A stretch of 62,861 nt of DNA, counting the filler. It is 5 parts of 5 records of this genome, joined end to end, with 100 filler letters (N's around TTAATTAATTAA, not from the genome) between each part and the next. Parts side by side here need not be neighbours in the genome. Positions count along the whole stretch, not along the records: positions 1 to 7,349 come from SRR22947727_1789; positions 7,450 to 35,844 come from SRR22947727_1791; 3 more parts are not named here. One strand, written 5' to 3'. Positions within the stretch are counted from its first letter, which is position 1, and every line of letters begins with the position of its first letter. A model generated the notes under the pieces. The model did not search any database. It saw only the letters and a list, made by a program, of their open reading frames with translations, and was not told the DNA's origin. Positions 1-10,706 of this stretch are shown piece after piece. The position numbers and the translations under genes were made by a program.

Positions 1-144
1 CTTACTTATAGTATTAGTAATGGTATTGCTCTTGCGTTTATAGCTTACGCATTAATTAAGATTTTTACTGGAAAATTTGGTTCTACTTCTCCTGCAATAT
101 GGTTAATTGCTGCGTTAAGTGTTGCAAGTTTTGCTGTAAATTAA
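1..144 (+). CDS. 3' end of an NCS2/AzgA-family purine permease (partial)
   Basis: Frame 1 reads LTYSISNGIALAFIAYALIK...FAVN*, the typical AzgA C-terminus; it lies next to a purine PRTase. Confidence 0.8.
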   Translation, partial: LTYSISNGIALAFIAYALIKIFTGKFGSTSPAIWLIAALSVASFAVN

Positions 145-156
145 AAATTAAATTTT

Positions 157-182
157 TAAGGGCTGGTGAAAACTGGCCCTTA
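157..182. terminator. Hairpin between convergent genes, probable intrinsic terminator
   Basis: TAAGGGCTGGT-GAAA-ACTGGCCCTTA stem-loop with G-U pairs. Confidence 0.65.
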
Positions 183-704
183 TCTTTTGTGCTTCTTAAG
201 TAAATCTTCTATTCTTACCTCTTCATAATTTTCAAAAGGCTGAACAATCCAAGGGTTATCATCCAATCTTTCTGCACAATAATCAGGCTCAAACGTTGAG
301 TCCTTTTTTTTCCATAGAACTGCAGTTTTAATTGATTCAATATTATCTTTAATTGGAGGATATTTTTTTAACCACTCAATGCTTTTATTTAAAGTAATAC
401 CTGTATCTGAAAGATCGTCACACAAAAGCAACCTGCCTCCCATGTCATGAACTGTTGAGCTCATCTCCCTTGAAAATACAAGTTCTCCTTGCTGATCTTC
501 AACACCTGTTCCAGAGTAAGACTCTACTGCGAGATAAGCACATTTGAGTTTAAAAATTCTGCTTAATACATCAATAATTGGTGCGCCACCTCTCATAATA
601 CCAATAAGCATAGTGGGTTTAAAACCACTCTCGTGTATTTTAACTGCTAATTTTTCTACTATTAGATTATATTGTTTCCAGTCTATGATTAGTTTGTTGG
701 CCAT
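180..704 (-). CDS. Purine (xanthine/guanine-type) phosphoribosyltransferase
   Basis: RGG loop, LLCDDLSDTGIT PRPP motif, C-terminal WIVQPFE. Confidence 0.85.
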   Translation of the reverse strand: MANKLIIDWKQYNLIVEKLAVKIHESGFKPTMLIGIMRGGAPIIDVLSRIFKLKCAYLAVESYSGTGVEDQQGELVFSREMSSTVHDMGGRLLLCDDLSDTGITLNKSIEWLKKYPPIKDNIESIKTAVLWKKKDSTFEPDYCAERLDDNPWIVQPFENYEEVRIEDLLKKHKR

Positions 705-737
705 AGAAATTATTAATTCTTTTTGGAGGTATTGTAA

Positions 738-1037
738 ATGAGCAAAGGATATTGGATAGCACTTTATAAAAAAATTGAAAGCACTGAAAACTTAGGTGAT
801 TACGCAAAACGTGCCACTGAAACAATTATAAGTCATGGTGGCAAACCATTGGTTAGAGGAGGAAAGTATAACGTATTAGAAGGAGAAAACTATCCAAGAA
901 CTGTTATTTGGGAGTTTCCATCTTATGAAGCTGCAGAGAAGTGTTATAATTCTAAAGAGTACCAAGGTGCTTGGGAACTAGCTAAAAAAACAACTGAACG
1001 AAACCTACAAATTGTTGAAGGTTTTAATACTGTATAG
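738..1037 (+). CDS. DUF1330 family protein
   Basis: GGKPLVRGG, EFPSYEAA..CYNS.EYQ motifs. Confidence 0.85.
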   Translation: MSKGYWIALYKKIESTENLGDYAKRATETIISHGGKPLVRGGKYNVLEGENYPRTVIWEFPSYEAAEKCYNSKEYQGAWELAKKTTERNLQIVEGFNTV

Positions 1038-1656
1038 CTTTTGGTTCATTATCAATAGATCTCCATAAATACCAAGTTGCTACGGAACAATGTGGAGAAA
1101 GTTTTTTATAAAGTTTTTGTACAAATGAACTTGGAGGCGGATATTTTTTTTTATAATTATTTGAAATTGCTCTCAAAAGACCAATGTCTTGTATTGGCCA
1201 AATATTAGATCTATTAAAAGTAAAAAGTAAAATCATTTCAGCAGACCATCGTCCTATTTGTCGTAATTTAGATAAATACTGAATAGCTTCTTCGTCACTT
1301 AGTTTTTTAATTAAACTCGGCTTAAAGCTTTTGTCTAAGAATTTTTGAGCTAGCTCTTTTATACCTCTTACTTTTTGCCTGCTGAGCCCACACTTTTTAA
1401 GATTTATAAAAGTTAATTTATTAACTATTTTTGGACGAATGTTGCCTTTACATAGAAGTTTAAATCTATCAAAAACAGAGTTGGCTGCCGCAACACTAAT
1501 TTGTTGACCAACAATACTCTTGCATAGAGAGAAAAAAATATCATTCCTACTAATTAGATAGCCTGAATTGTATTTTTTTATTAATTTTTTAATTATCTTA
1601 TCTTTTTTTGATAATTGAATTTTTGCTTTATTCCAATAAGCCGGTGGTTTCTTCAT
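1024..1656 (-). CDS. alkA: DNA-3-methyladenine glycosylase II (HhH-GPD)
   Basis: IVGQQIS, HhH L..LRQIGRWSAEM, P..D motif, YLWR end. Confidence 0.85.
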   Translation of the reverse strand: MKKPPAYWNKAKIQLSKKDKIIKKLIKKYNSGYLISRNDIFFSLCKSIVGQQISVAAANSVFDRFKLLCKGNIRPKIVNKLTFINLKKCGLSRQKVRGIKELAQKFLDKSFKPSLIKKLSDEEAIQYLSKLRQIGRWSAEMILLFTFNRSNIWPIQDIGLLRAISNNYKKKYPPPSSFVQKLYKKLSPHCSVATWYLWRSIDNEPKAIQY

Positions 1657-2558
1657 GATCTTGGTGCAACAATTTCCTTTTTTAATTGTTTTTCTCTAAT
1701 AAAAATAATGAAAGAACTTGCAACAACCAAAGCTGAACCAGCTAACATTAGAGGCTTTGGAACTTCACCCCAAATAATAAAACCAAAAGTAATAGCAAAA
1801 ACTAAACTTAAATATTTAATTGGAGTGACTAACGAAGCTTCTGCTAATCTATAGCTTTGAGTTAACAACAAGTTAGCTACACTTCCACATAAACCCATTA
1901 CTACAAATAATAATAAATCTTTTGCTGTTGGCATTACCCAGCCATAGGGAAATGTTACTAATCCTATGATTGTACATAAAAAAGTAAAGTAAAAAGCAAT
2001 TCTATAATTTGGTTCAGTTTTTGATAAAGCCCTTACACTTATAGCCACACCGGAAAAAAAAATGCAAAAAAGTATTGGTGATAAATAATAATAATTTAAT
2101 TCTGCATATGCAGGCTGAACTATTAGAAGCATACCTAAAAAACCTATAAAAACTGCTGACCATCTTTTGACTCCAACTTTTTCTGATAAAATTAAAATTG
2201 AAGCGATTGTAACGAAAATTGGACCTGCAAATGTAAGGGACACTACGTCTGCCAAAGGTAAATTCCTTAATCCAAAAAAAATACAAATAAAAGCAGTTGC
2301 ACCAGCAATAGCTCTAAATGCATGTAAGCCTGGCCTAGATGTTTTATAAAAATCTTTCCATCTATCTCTTGGAATAATTAAAAAAATCGGTATCAAACCA
2401 AAAAAAAATCTTGCAAAGAAAACTTCTCCAAAGGGATAATAATTTAGCCATTTGACGCATAAATCCATTACCGCAAAGCACATAACGCTTGCGACCATAT
2501 ACAAAACTCCAGTTTGATTTCTTGTTAGCAATTGAATATCCTTTAGCTTTATTAACAT
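1653..2558 (-). CDS. DMT/EamA family transporter
   Basis: About 10 hydrophobic helices, ILSEKVG..RW and IWGEVP motifs. Confidence 0.85.
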   Translation of the reverse strand: MLIKLKDIQLLTRNQTGVLYMVASVMCFAVMDLCVKWLNYYPFGEVFFARFFFGLIPIFLIIPRDRWKDFYKTSRPGLHAFRAIAGATAFICIFFGLRNLPLADVVSLTFAGPIFVTIASILILSEKVGVKRWSAVFIGFLGMLLIVQPAYAELNYYYLSPILFCIFFSGVAISVRALSKTEPNYRIAFYFTFLCTIIGLVTFPYGWVMPTAKDLLLFVVMGLCGSVANLLLTQSYRLAEASLVTPIKYLSLVFAITFGFIIWGEVPKPLMLAGSALVVASSFIIFIREKQLKKEIVAPRS

Positions 2559-2569
2559 ATTATTTCACT

Positions 2570-3019
2570 ATGCAAAAATGTTACTTGGCACTTGGATGCT
2601 TTTGGAAACCTGAGGAAATATTTAGACAAACAAAAGGTGTTTTGAAAACTGAAGTTGGGTACGCAGGAGGTGATAAGAATAATGTAAGTTATGAAGAAGT
2701 TTGCGAAGGTAATACAGGTCATGCAGAAACTGTTAAACTAACTTTTGACGAAAATATTATTTCATACGAACAAATAATAGAAACTTTTTTTAAAATTCAC
2801 GATCCAACGCAAAAAGATATGCAATATCCTGATATTGGAACTCAATACAGAAGTGAAATTTTTTACGAAGATGAAAACCAAAAAGATATAGCTGAAAGAA
2901 TAAAAAATAAATTAAATAAAAAATTTGATGGTAAAATTGAAACCATTATTTCAAAAATTAAAAATTACTGTAAAGCTGAAGAATATCATCAACAATATAT
3001 AATGAAAAAAAGAATTTGA
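2570..3019 (+). CDS. msrA: Peptide methionine sulfoxide reductase A
   Basis: GCFW, GYAGG, TGHAE, HDPT, AEEYHQQY; start moved to ATG 2570 because the upstream extension overlaps the divergent gene. Confidence 0.9.
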   Translation: MQKCYLALGCFWKPEEIFRQTKGVLKTEVGYAGGDKNNVSYEEVCEGNTGHAETVKLTFDENIISYEQIIETFFKIHDPTQKDMQYPDIGTQYRSEIFYEDENQKDIAERIKNKLNKKFDGKIETIISKIKNYCKAEEYHQQYIMKKRI

Positions 3020-3831
3020 TGACTTTAGTATCTACAGATTGGTTGGATAGTAATTTATTTAAAGTTAAAATTTTGGATGCAAGTTGGCATATGCCTTCAA
3101 CCAAAAGAGATGCAGAACAAGAGTTTTTAATTAATCATATTCCAAATTCTCAATTTTTTGACCTCGATAAGAATTCTGATAGCAATAATCTACTTCCACA
3201 TATGTTGCCTTCAAAGGAAAAATGGAAAGAAATTATTTCAAACTTTGGAATCGAAAATGATGATTATGTTATCATTTATGATGACTCTGACGTCATAAGT
3301 TCATGTAGATGTTGGTATATGTTTATATATTTTGGTCACGATATTAAAAAAATTTCTGTTTTAAATGGTGGATTAAAAAAATGGAAAAATGAAAATAGAA
3401 AATTAACTAAAGATATTTTAAAATTAAAAAAAACTAATTACCAAGTTACTGAAAATAAAAATCTTGTAAAAAATAAAGAAGAAATTGATTCAAATATTAC
3501 TTCTAAAAAATTTGATCTAGTTGATGCTAGGGGTAAAAAAAGATTTGATGGAATTGAACCAGAGCCAAGACAAGGACTTAGAAGTGGCCACGTACCTAAT
3601 TCAAAAAATTTACCTTTTATGGAATGTATTAATAATGATCGAACATTTAAAAGTAAAAAGGAGTTACAAGATTTATTCGCAAAAATGATGTTAGACAAAA
3701 AAAATAATATGGTTTTTACTTGCGGATCTGGTGTCACTGCGTGCGTTTTGGCACTAGCTAATTATGTTACAAATGATATGAATCCTGTGATTTATGACGG
3801 TTCTTGGTCTGAATATGGAATAATTAAATAA
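3019..3831 (+). CDS. sseA: 3-mercaptopyruvate/thiosulfate sulfurtransferase
   Basis: Two rhodanese domains, CGSGVTA active site, YDGSWSEY. Confidence 0.9.
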   Translation: MTLVSTDWLDSNLFKVKILDASWHMPSTKRDAEQEFLINHIPNSQFFDLDKNSDSNNLLPHMLPSKEKWKEIISNFGIENDDYVIIYDDSDVISSCRCWYMFIYFGHDIKKISVLNGGLKKWKNENRKLTKDILKLKKTNYQVTENKNLVKNKEEIDSNITSKKFDLVDARGKKRFDGIEPEPRQGLRSGHVPNSKNLPFMECINNDRTFKSKKELQDLFAKMMLDKKNNMVFTCGSGVTACVLALANYVTNDMNPVIYDGSWSEYGIIK

Positions 3832-3832
3832 A

Positions 3833-4708
3833 ATGAAATCTTCAAATAAATTTAAAATTTTTTTAATAATTATACTAATCGCTATAATTGGAGTTATTGC
3901 TGGAAGATATTTTATTGGTCAACATTTCAAAAAAAAATTTAGTGTAAGACCAGATCCAGGTGTAATTATAGAAATAGTTACCAAAAAAAGTTTTTTTGAT
4001 AGCATAGAAACTTTTGGAACGGCCATTGCTTCAAACTCCAAAACTTATCGAGTAAAAAAAGATGAGATTGATGGAAGCTTTGATAGTGAAGGAAAAATTG
4101 TAAAAAAAGATGATACTATTATTAAATTAAAAACAGATGAAACCATACTTGCAGACTTTGACGGAAAATTAGGAAAAAGAGAGATTGCTCAGGGTGTTTT
4201 AGGTACAGATAGTTTTATAATTACTTTAGATGATAGCAGTAAAATAGTTATAGATATTAAAATACCTGAAAATTTTGTTGGAATTTTAAAAAATGGTTTA
4301 GACGCAGAAATAAAATCTGATGCATTTAATAAAACCTTTTATGGAAAAATTGATTCTGTAAGTTCAAGAGTCGATCCTTCTACAAGATCAATATTAGCTA
4401 GGGTAGTAGTTGAAAACAAAGATTATGAGTTAATTCCAGGACAATTATTATCTGTAAAAATAATTTATAACAAAACTGAAACTTTAGGAATTTCTGAGAG
4501 ATCTATCACAATTCAAGGTGATACTGCTTTTGTATATGTTGTAAAAGATGAAAGTGTTGTTGAAAGAAGAAATATTAAAATAGGTCAGAGAAATTTTGGA
4601 TTAGTCTCAATAATAGACGGATTAAATGAAAATGAGAAAATAGTTTCAGAGGGCATATCTAAGGTTAGAGATAAAGGAAAAATTAAGATTATAAACAAAC
4701 CTAACTAA
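3833..4708 (+). CDS. RND efflux periplasmic adaptor (MFP)
   Basis: N-terminal TM, SRVDPSTRS, L.PG motif; directly upstream of an RND permease. Confidence 0.85.
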   Translation: MKSSNKFKIFLIIILIAIIGVIAGRYFIGQHFKKKFSVRPDPGVIIEIVTKKSFFDSIETFGTAIASNSKTYRVKKDEIDGSFDSEGKIVKKDDTIIKLKTDETILADFDGKLGKREIAQGVLGTDSFIITLDDSSKIVIDIKIPENFVGILKNGLDAEIKSDAFNKTFYGKIDSVSSRVDPSTRSILARVVVENKDYELIPGQLLSVKIIYNKTETLGISERSITIQGDTAFVYVVKDESVVERRNIKIGQRNFGLVSIIDGLNENEKIVSEGISKVRDKGKIKIINKPN

Positions 4709-4712
4709 AAAA

Positions 4713-7349
4713 ATGTTTTTAACTGACTTATCAATTAAGCGTCCTGTAATAGCTTCTGTGATGAGCTTGGTTTTAGTTTTATTTGGTTTAGTTACTTTTC
4801 AAGAAATACCCACGGATGAATTACCAGATGTCCAACCTCCTATAGTTTCTATTCAAACTGATTATAAAGGAGCATCTGCTGAAATTGTTGACTCTCAAAT
4901 TACTCAAAAAATTGAGGACTTTGTTGGAGGTACGCCAGGCTTGGAAACTATTGACTCTACAAGTGAAGATGAAAGATCATCGATTAGATTAACTTTTAAA
5001 ACTGGTTTAAACTTAGATAACGTAACTAACGATGTTAGAAATGCAGTTTCTAGAGTAGTAGATAATTTACCAGAAGGCGCTGAACCACCAGAAATATTTA
5101 AGCAAAGCGCAGGTTTTAGAACGACTATGTGGATCGAATTCAGTTCTGAGACTATGACAGATCTAGAGTTATCTGATTACGCTGATAGATATTTAATTGA
5201 TAATTTTTCAACTGTTGAAGGAGTTGGAAGAGTTACTCTTGGCGGAGAAAGAGAATTATCACTTAGAATTTGGCTTGATCCTATAGCTTTAGCAGCAAGA
5301 GATTTAACTACTCAGGAGGTTGAGGCAGTTTTAAGAAAAGAAAATTTAGAATTTCCTGCAGGAAAAATTGAAAGTAAAGATATCGATTTAACAATCAAAT
5401 TAGATAAAGCTTATCAAAACTTATCTAACTATAAAAAACTACCTCTAAAGAGATCTAAAGATGGATCTATTATAACTTTAGAAGATGTCGCAAAAGTAGA
5501 ATTAGGACCTGCTTCAACAAGAACTTTATTTAAAGGAAATGGAAGACAGGTTGTAGGTATAGGTATTTATCAACAATCAGATGCGAATACTATTGCGGTT
5601 GCAGATGGAGTTAGAAAAAAAATAGAAGAAATGCAAACTTCATTGCCTCCTAACACAAAGTTGGAAGTTTCATTTGATCGAAGTACTTATATATCTCAAG
5701 CAATAACAGAAGTTTATAAAACTTTAATTATTGCGGTAATTCTAGTAACAATTATTATTTATTTATTCCTTGGAAATATTAGAGCTCTAATTGTTCCAGT
5801 AGTGGCTCTTCCTGTTTCTTTAATATCTACTTTCTTGGCAATTTATCTTTTTGATTTTTCAATAAATCTTTTTACTTTAATGGCTCTAGTGCTTGCGATT
5901 GGTATCGTTGTTGATGATGCAATTGTGATGCTTGAAAATATCGTAAGAAGAATTGATGAAGGTGAAACCCCACTAGTAGCAGCTTATAAAGGTGCAAAAC
6001 AAGTTTCATTTGCAATTATAGCTACAACTGTTGTGCTTGTAGCCGTGTTCGTGCCGCTTGTTTTTATAAAAGGAATCACAGGTGTATTATTTACTCAAAC
6101 AGCAGTCACATTAGCTTCGGCAGTCGTAATTTCAAGTTTTGTTGCTCTTTCTTTAAGTCCAATGCTTGGAAGCAAATTTTTAAAAAAAAATATGGAAAAA
6201 AGAAGTTTTATTCTTAAGTTTGAAGGTAAATTAAAAGAGTTAACTTCAATTTACACAAGCTCATTAACTTACTGGCTTAAAAAGAAAAAAATAATTACGC
6301 TATTTTTATTTGGAACTTTTGTTCTTACAGTTTTTTTATTCAAATTTGCTCCAAAAGAACTCATTGCTGCTGAGGATAGAGGAGCATTCTTTGTAATAAT
6401 TAAAGCGCCAGAGGGATCTGGATTCAATTATACAAAATCAAAAGCCGAAGAAATCGAGTCTTTTTTACTTCCAGAAGTAGGAAAAGGTGAGTACAGAAAA
6501 CTAATTCTAAGAGTCCCGGGTTTTGGAAGATCTAATAAAGCTGTTAACAGCGGGTTTATAATTGTTCTCTTAGAAGATTGGGATAAAAGAAAAAGAGATG
6601 GTACACAAATAATGAGAGAGTCCTTTGGAAAAATTTCTAGAGTTCCAGGAGTGTTAGCTTTTCCTGTAATGCCTCAAAGCATTAGAACTGGAGGCGTTGA
6701 AAGCCCAGTTCAATTTGTAATTCTAGGTAGAACTTATGAGCAGTTAATACAATGGAAAGAAATTATAAAAAAAGAAGCAAGAAAAAATCCAGGCTTAACC
6801 TCTATTGATGATGATTTTGATTTAGATAAGCCTCAATTAAATGTAAAAATTGATCAACAAAAAGCTGCTGACTTGGGTGTGGCAACAGAAGATATTGGTA
6901 AAACTATTGAAACAATATTTGGTTCTAAAACAGTTACAAGATATGCATACGAAGGAAAAGAATACTCTATAATTTTGCAAGGAGACATTAAAGATAGGCA
7001 AGAACCTGGAAATTTAGATAAACTTTATGTCAGATCTAAAAATAATGGCAAATTAATTCCTATAGCCAGTTTAGTAAGTTATAATGAAAAAGGTGAAGCT
7101 CCTTTTTTAAGTCGTTACAATAGACAAAAAGCAGTTACGATTTCAGCAAGACTTGTTGGTGATTACACATTAGATCAAGCACTTAATTTTTTAGTAGAAA
7201 CTGTAAAAAACAATACTCCTGAAGCACAAATTGCATACAAAGGAGAGAGTGAAGAGTATAAAAAAACTAGTTATGAGATTTATTTTATATTTATTTTAGC
7301 TTTAATCACAGCGTATCTAGCAATGTGTGCTCAGTTTGAAAGTTGGAAA
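4713..7349 (+). CDS. AcrB/AcrD/AcrF-family RND permease (3' truncated at contig end)
   Basis: IKRPV start, GIVVDDAIVMLENI proton-relay motif; the listed stop is inside the linker. Confidence 0.92.
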
Positions 7350-7449
7350 NNNNNNNNNNNNNNNNNNNNNNNNNNNNNNNNNNNNNNNNNNNNTTAATTA
7401 ATTAANNNNNNNNNNNNNNNNNNNNNNNNNNNNNNNNNNNNNNNNNNNN
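7350..7449. other. Artificial contig linker
   Basis: N44-TTAATTAATTAA-N44, giving stops in all six frames. Confidence 0.98.
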
Positions 7450-7482
7450 AGCGTGCGCCTTAAACCACTCGGCCACCTCACC
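7450..7482 (-). tRNA. tRNA-Ser, 5' half only (cut by contig end before the anticodon)
   Basis: Reverse complement GGTGAGGTGGCCGAGTGGTTTAAGGCGCACGCT matches the Ser tRNA acceptor and D arm; anticodon not visible. Confidence 0.8.
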
Positions 7483-7597
7483 ACAAGAACGGTTTCGAGA
7501 TAGTGCGATATAAAGAGTTTTTATGACTTCTCAAGCTGTTTTATCATAGTTTAAATGAACGGTTACTAATCACGCATTACTTGATATATATGTCTCT

Positions 7598-8320
7598 ATG
7601 AAACAGAATTTTCAGGTTATTAAGGCACTACGAAATACGCCACTTTTTATTTTTGGGGATCACGCCTCAAGATATATTCCAGAGAAATATAATAACCTAG
7701 GACTTCAGGTTGAAGATTTAGATCGACATATAGCATGGGATATAGGAACTGAAACTGTTGTAAGAGAATTATGTGAAGCATTCGGATGTTCAGGGCAAAT
7801 AGCAGGAGTATCGCGCCTAGTAATAGACTTAAATCGTCATTTGACTTCTCCAAGTTTAATTCCAATTAAAAGTGATGGAACCACTATAAAAAGAAATATG
7901 TATTTATCAGAGTTAGAACGAAAAGAACGGATTGATAACTTTTATAGGCCGTATCATGAAGGAATTAATGGTTCTTTAGATAAGCTTGAAAAGCCTCTTG
8001 TAATATCAATTCATAGTTTCACAAAAAAGCCAAAATTAGGGCACCTAAGAACTGTTGATATCGGACTGCTTGTTAAACATGATGAGCAAACAGCCAAAAG
8101 ATTTCAAACTCAGTTGAATTTACATGGAGCTCATTTAAGTCTTGGTATTAATGAGCCTTATTCCGCTTATGATTTAAATCATACAATAGACGTGAATGTT
8201 GCGCCTCGTTCATTGCGACACCTTGCAATCGAGATACGTCAAGACCACGTAGATACTGATGACAAAGCAATTTTAATGGCAAATATTCTGGCTAATTGTA
8301 TTAAGCCAATAATGAGTTAA
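7598..8320 (+). CDS. N-formylglutamate amidohydrolase family
   Basis: DHAS, HIAWDIG, SRLVIDLNR, PYH, SIHSFT, NEPY, IEIRQD. Confidence 0.88.
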   Translation: MKQNFQVIKALRNTPLFIFGDHASRYIPEKYNNLGLQVEDLDRHIAWDIGTETVVRELCEAFGCSGQIAGVSRLVIDLNRHLTSPSLIPIKSDGTTIKRNMYLSELERKERIDNFYRPYHEGINGSLDKLEKPLVISIHSFTKKPKLGHLRTVDIGLLVKHDEQTAKRFQTQLNLHGAHLSLGINEPYSAYDLNHTIDVNVAPRSLRHLAIEIRQDHVDTDDKAILMANILANCIKPIMS

Positions 8321-8353
8321 TAAAATTCAGGTATAAAGACTTTAGGAGACATT

Positions 8354-8935
8354 GTGATTATTAATAACCAACTTTGTGCAAACCCTACACATTTCTTAAA
8401 TAATAGAAATATGTTTGAAACCATCCCAGATGATATGCAGCAAGTTCAGCTTGGTATGGGTTGTTTCTGGGGAGCTGAAAGAATATTTTGGAAGCTTGAC
8501 GGAGTTTTTGTAACTTCAGTTGGCTACTCTGGAGGGCATACTAAAGACCCAGATTATCCTAAAACTTGCACAGGAACAACAGGTCACGCAGAGGTTGTTC
8601 ATGTAGTTTTTGACCCGGAGGTTATTAGTTTTGATAAAATATTAAAAGTTTTCTTTGAAAATCATGACCCAACTCAAGGTAACAGACAGGGTAATGATCG
8701 TGGTTCACAATATAGGAGCACCATTTACACTTATACAGAAACTCAAAAGATTAAAGCGCAAGAGGCAATTTCTAGATATGAAATTGCTTATGGGAAGACA
8801 ATTACAACTGAACTAAATGCCGCTCCGACCTATTACCCAGCAGAAGATTATCATCAGCAATATCTAGCCAAAAACCCAAATGGATATTGCATGCATGGTC
8901 CTACAGGTATCGTTTGCGAAATACCAGAGAGATAA
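8354..8935 (+). CDS. msrA: Peptide methionine sulfoxide reductase A
   Basis: GCFWGAE, HDPTQGNRQGND, AEDYHQQYL, C-terminal resolving Cys. Confidence 0.93.
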   Translation: MIINNQLCANPTHFLNNRNMFETIPDDMQQVQLGMGCFWGAERIFWKLDGVFVTSVGYSGGHTKDPDYPKTCTGTTGHAEVVHVVFDPEVISFDKILKVFFENHDPTQGNRQGNDRGSQYRSTIYTYTETQKIKAQEAISRYEIAYGKTITTELNAAPTYYPAEDYHQQYLAKNPNGYCMHGPTGIVCEIPER

Positions 8936-8975
8936 AATACTTGCATGTATTATTCATCAAGGCTTAGTTAAAATA

Positions 8976-10139
8976 ATGAATATGAAAAATGCAATAGACC
9001 CAGTAAAATTCGCAGCGGATTTGATTTCGTACCCTTCCATTACACCAAAGGATGAAGGGGCTCTTGATAGGTTGGAAAAACAGCTATCTGAGCTTGGGTT
9101 TAGATGCCGCCGTTATCCATTTGGCTCAGGAGAGGACAGAGTAGATAATTTGTACGCACGCCTAGGTGATAGGGCTCCAAACTTTTGTTTTGCGGGTCAC
9201 ACGGACGTTGTGCCGCCTGGTGACAAAAAAGGATGGGAGCTTGATCCGTTCGCAGGCGAAATTAAAAACGGTAAACTTATAGGGCGCGGCGCTGCAGATA
9301 TGAAAGGTGCTATAGCTGCTTTTGTAGGAGGACTTTCAGAGCTTCTTGCTACTGGTTGGCTGCCAGAAGGTTCAGTAAGTTTTTTGATAACGGGTGATGA
9401 AGAAGGACCCGCAATTAATGGTACAAAAAAATTACTTTCTGCAATAACAGAAGAGGGCGAAAAAATAGATCATTGCCTTGTGGGCGAACCAACAAATCCA
9501 TTGCGAATGGGTGAAATGATTAAAAATGGCAGACGTGGTTCATTAAATGCCGAGATAACAGTCATAGGCAAGCAAGGGCATGTCGCCTATCCACACCTCA
9601 CAACAAATCCAATTCCTATTTTAGTGGGTATAATTAGCGAACTTCAGTCACGTTTTTTAGATAATGGTTCAGAGTTTTTTCAACCCTCTAATCTAGAGGT
9701 TACAACTATCGATGTAGGCAATCCTACTGAAAACATGATACCGGAGAGAGCTTGTGCTCGCTTTAATATTAGATTTAATATTGAACATAATAGTGCTGAA
9801 CTCATACAATGGATTGAAGGAGTTATTGATAATGCGCGTACAAAATTTGATGCATTAATTGAATTAAATGTTAGAGTTTCAGGTGAAAGTTTTTTAACTC
9901 CGCCATGCAAACTTACAGATATCATACAAAACTCAGCTGAAAAAATTTTAGGAATAAAACCGGCCCTGTCTACGTCAGGCGGAACTTCGGATGCTCGCTT
10001 TATAACTCATTATGCACCAGTTGCCGAGTTTGGTCTTGTTGGCGCAACAATGCACCAAGTTAATGAGCAAGTAGATGTTGAAGATATATTATCCCTAACT
10101 AAAATTTATAAAGAAGTTTTATTGAGCTACTTCCGTTGA
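8976..10139 (+). CDS. dapE: Succinyl-diaminopimelate desuccinylase
   Basis: AGHTDVVP, GRGAADMKG, GDEEG, GRRGS, GHVAYP, GGTSDARF; start adjusted to ATG 8976. Confidence 0.93.
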   Translation: MNMKNAIDPVKFAADLISYPSITPKDEGALDRLEKQLSELGFRCRRYPFGSGEDRVDNLYARLGDRAPNFCFAGHTDVVPPGDKKGWELDPFAGEIKNGKLIGRGAADMKGAIAAFVGGLSELLATGWLPEGSVSFLITGDEEGPAINGTKKLLSAITEEGEKIDHCLVGEPTNPLRMGEMIKNGRRGSLNAEITVIGKQGHVAYPHLTTNPIPILVGIISELQSRFLDNGSEFFQPSNLEVTTIDVGNPTENMIPERACARFNIRFNIEHNSAELIQWIEGVIDNARTKFDALIELNVRVSGESFLTPPCKLTDIIQNSAEKILGIKPALSTSGGTSDARFITHYAPVAEFGLVGATMHQVNEQVDVEDILSLTKIYKEVLLSYFR

Positions 10140-10696
10140 ATATTTATCGTAATTTAAAGGGATGTTTCGAAGTGCTTATGGGCCATGAGGGCTGGGAGAG
10201 TTATTTTGAATTAAGTCGTGATGGGGTATTAAGAAGTTTTTATGGTTTATTATTAATTCTGCCAAACTTTTATTTAATTGCTTATGTTGTACAACGTCAG
10301 AAGTATGACCAAGTATATAATAATCTATCCGAAATATTACCCCTATCTGCTATTACAATAACCTTAACAATATATTTGCTTAGTTTTTCAGCTCTGGCAC
10401 TAATTGTTGCTATGGTTTTTGATTTTCAAGATCGATTAAGACCTTGGTTAATAACTCGTCATTGGTGTGTAATATGGTTATCAATTATTATTGGTTTAGT
10501 CTTTAGCATTCATAGTCTTGGATTTATTTCTTTTTATTTTGCTAATTTTATCGCATTGCTTGGGTTTTTAAATATTCTGTTTATAGATATCTGCTTAGCA
10601 AAAAGTATTCTTTGTTATAAGAATGGCCCTGCAATTTTAATTGGTTGTGGTATTAATATAATTGGTCTTTCAATAATATTAATTAGTATTAATTAA
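10136..10696 (+). CDS. Hypothetical membrane protein
   Basis: About 5 hydrophobic segments; overlaps the dapE stop. Confidence 0.7.
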   Translation: MNIYRNLKGCFEVLMGHEGWESYFELSRDGVLRSFYGLLLILPNFYLIAYVVQRQKYDQVYNNLSEILPLSAITITLTIYLLSFSALALIVAMVFDFQDRLRPWLITRHWCVIWLSIIIGLVFSIHSLGFISFYFANFIALLGFLNILFIDICLAKSILCYKNGPAILIGCGINIIGLSIILISIN

Positions 10697-10706
10697 CCTG
10701 CTTTAA

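Noticed and set aside
7394-7405. TTAATTAATTAA recurring four times, as a possible biological repeat
   Set aside because: It is always centred in N44 runs, so it is an artificial six-frame stop linker. The ORF ends at 7397 and 41601 are artefacts of it.
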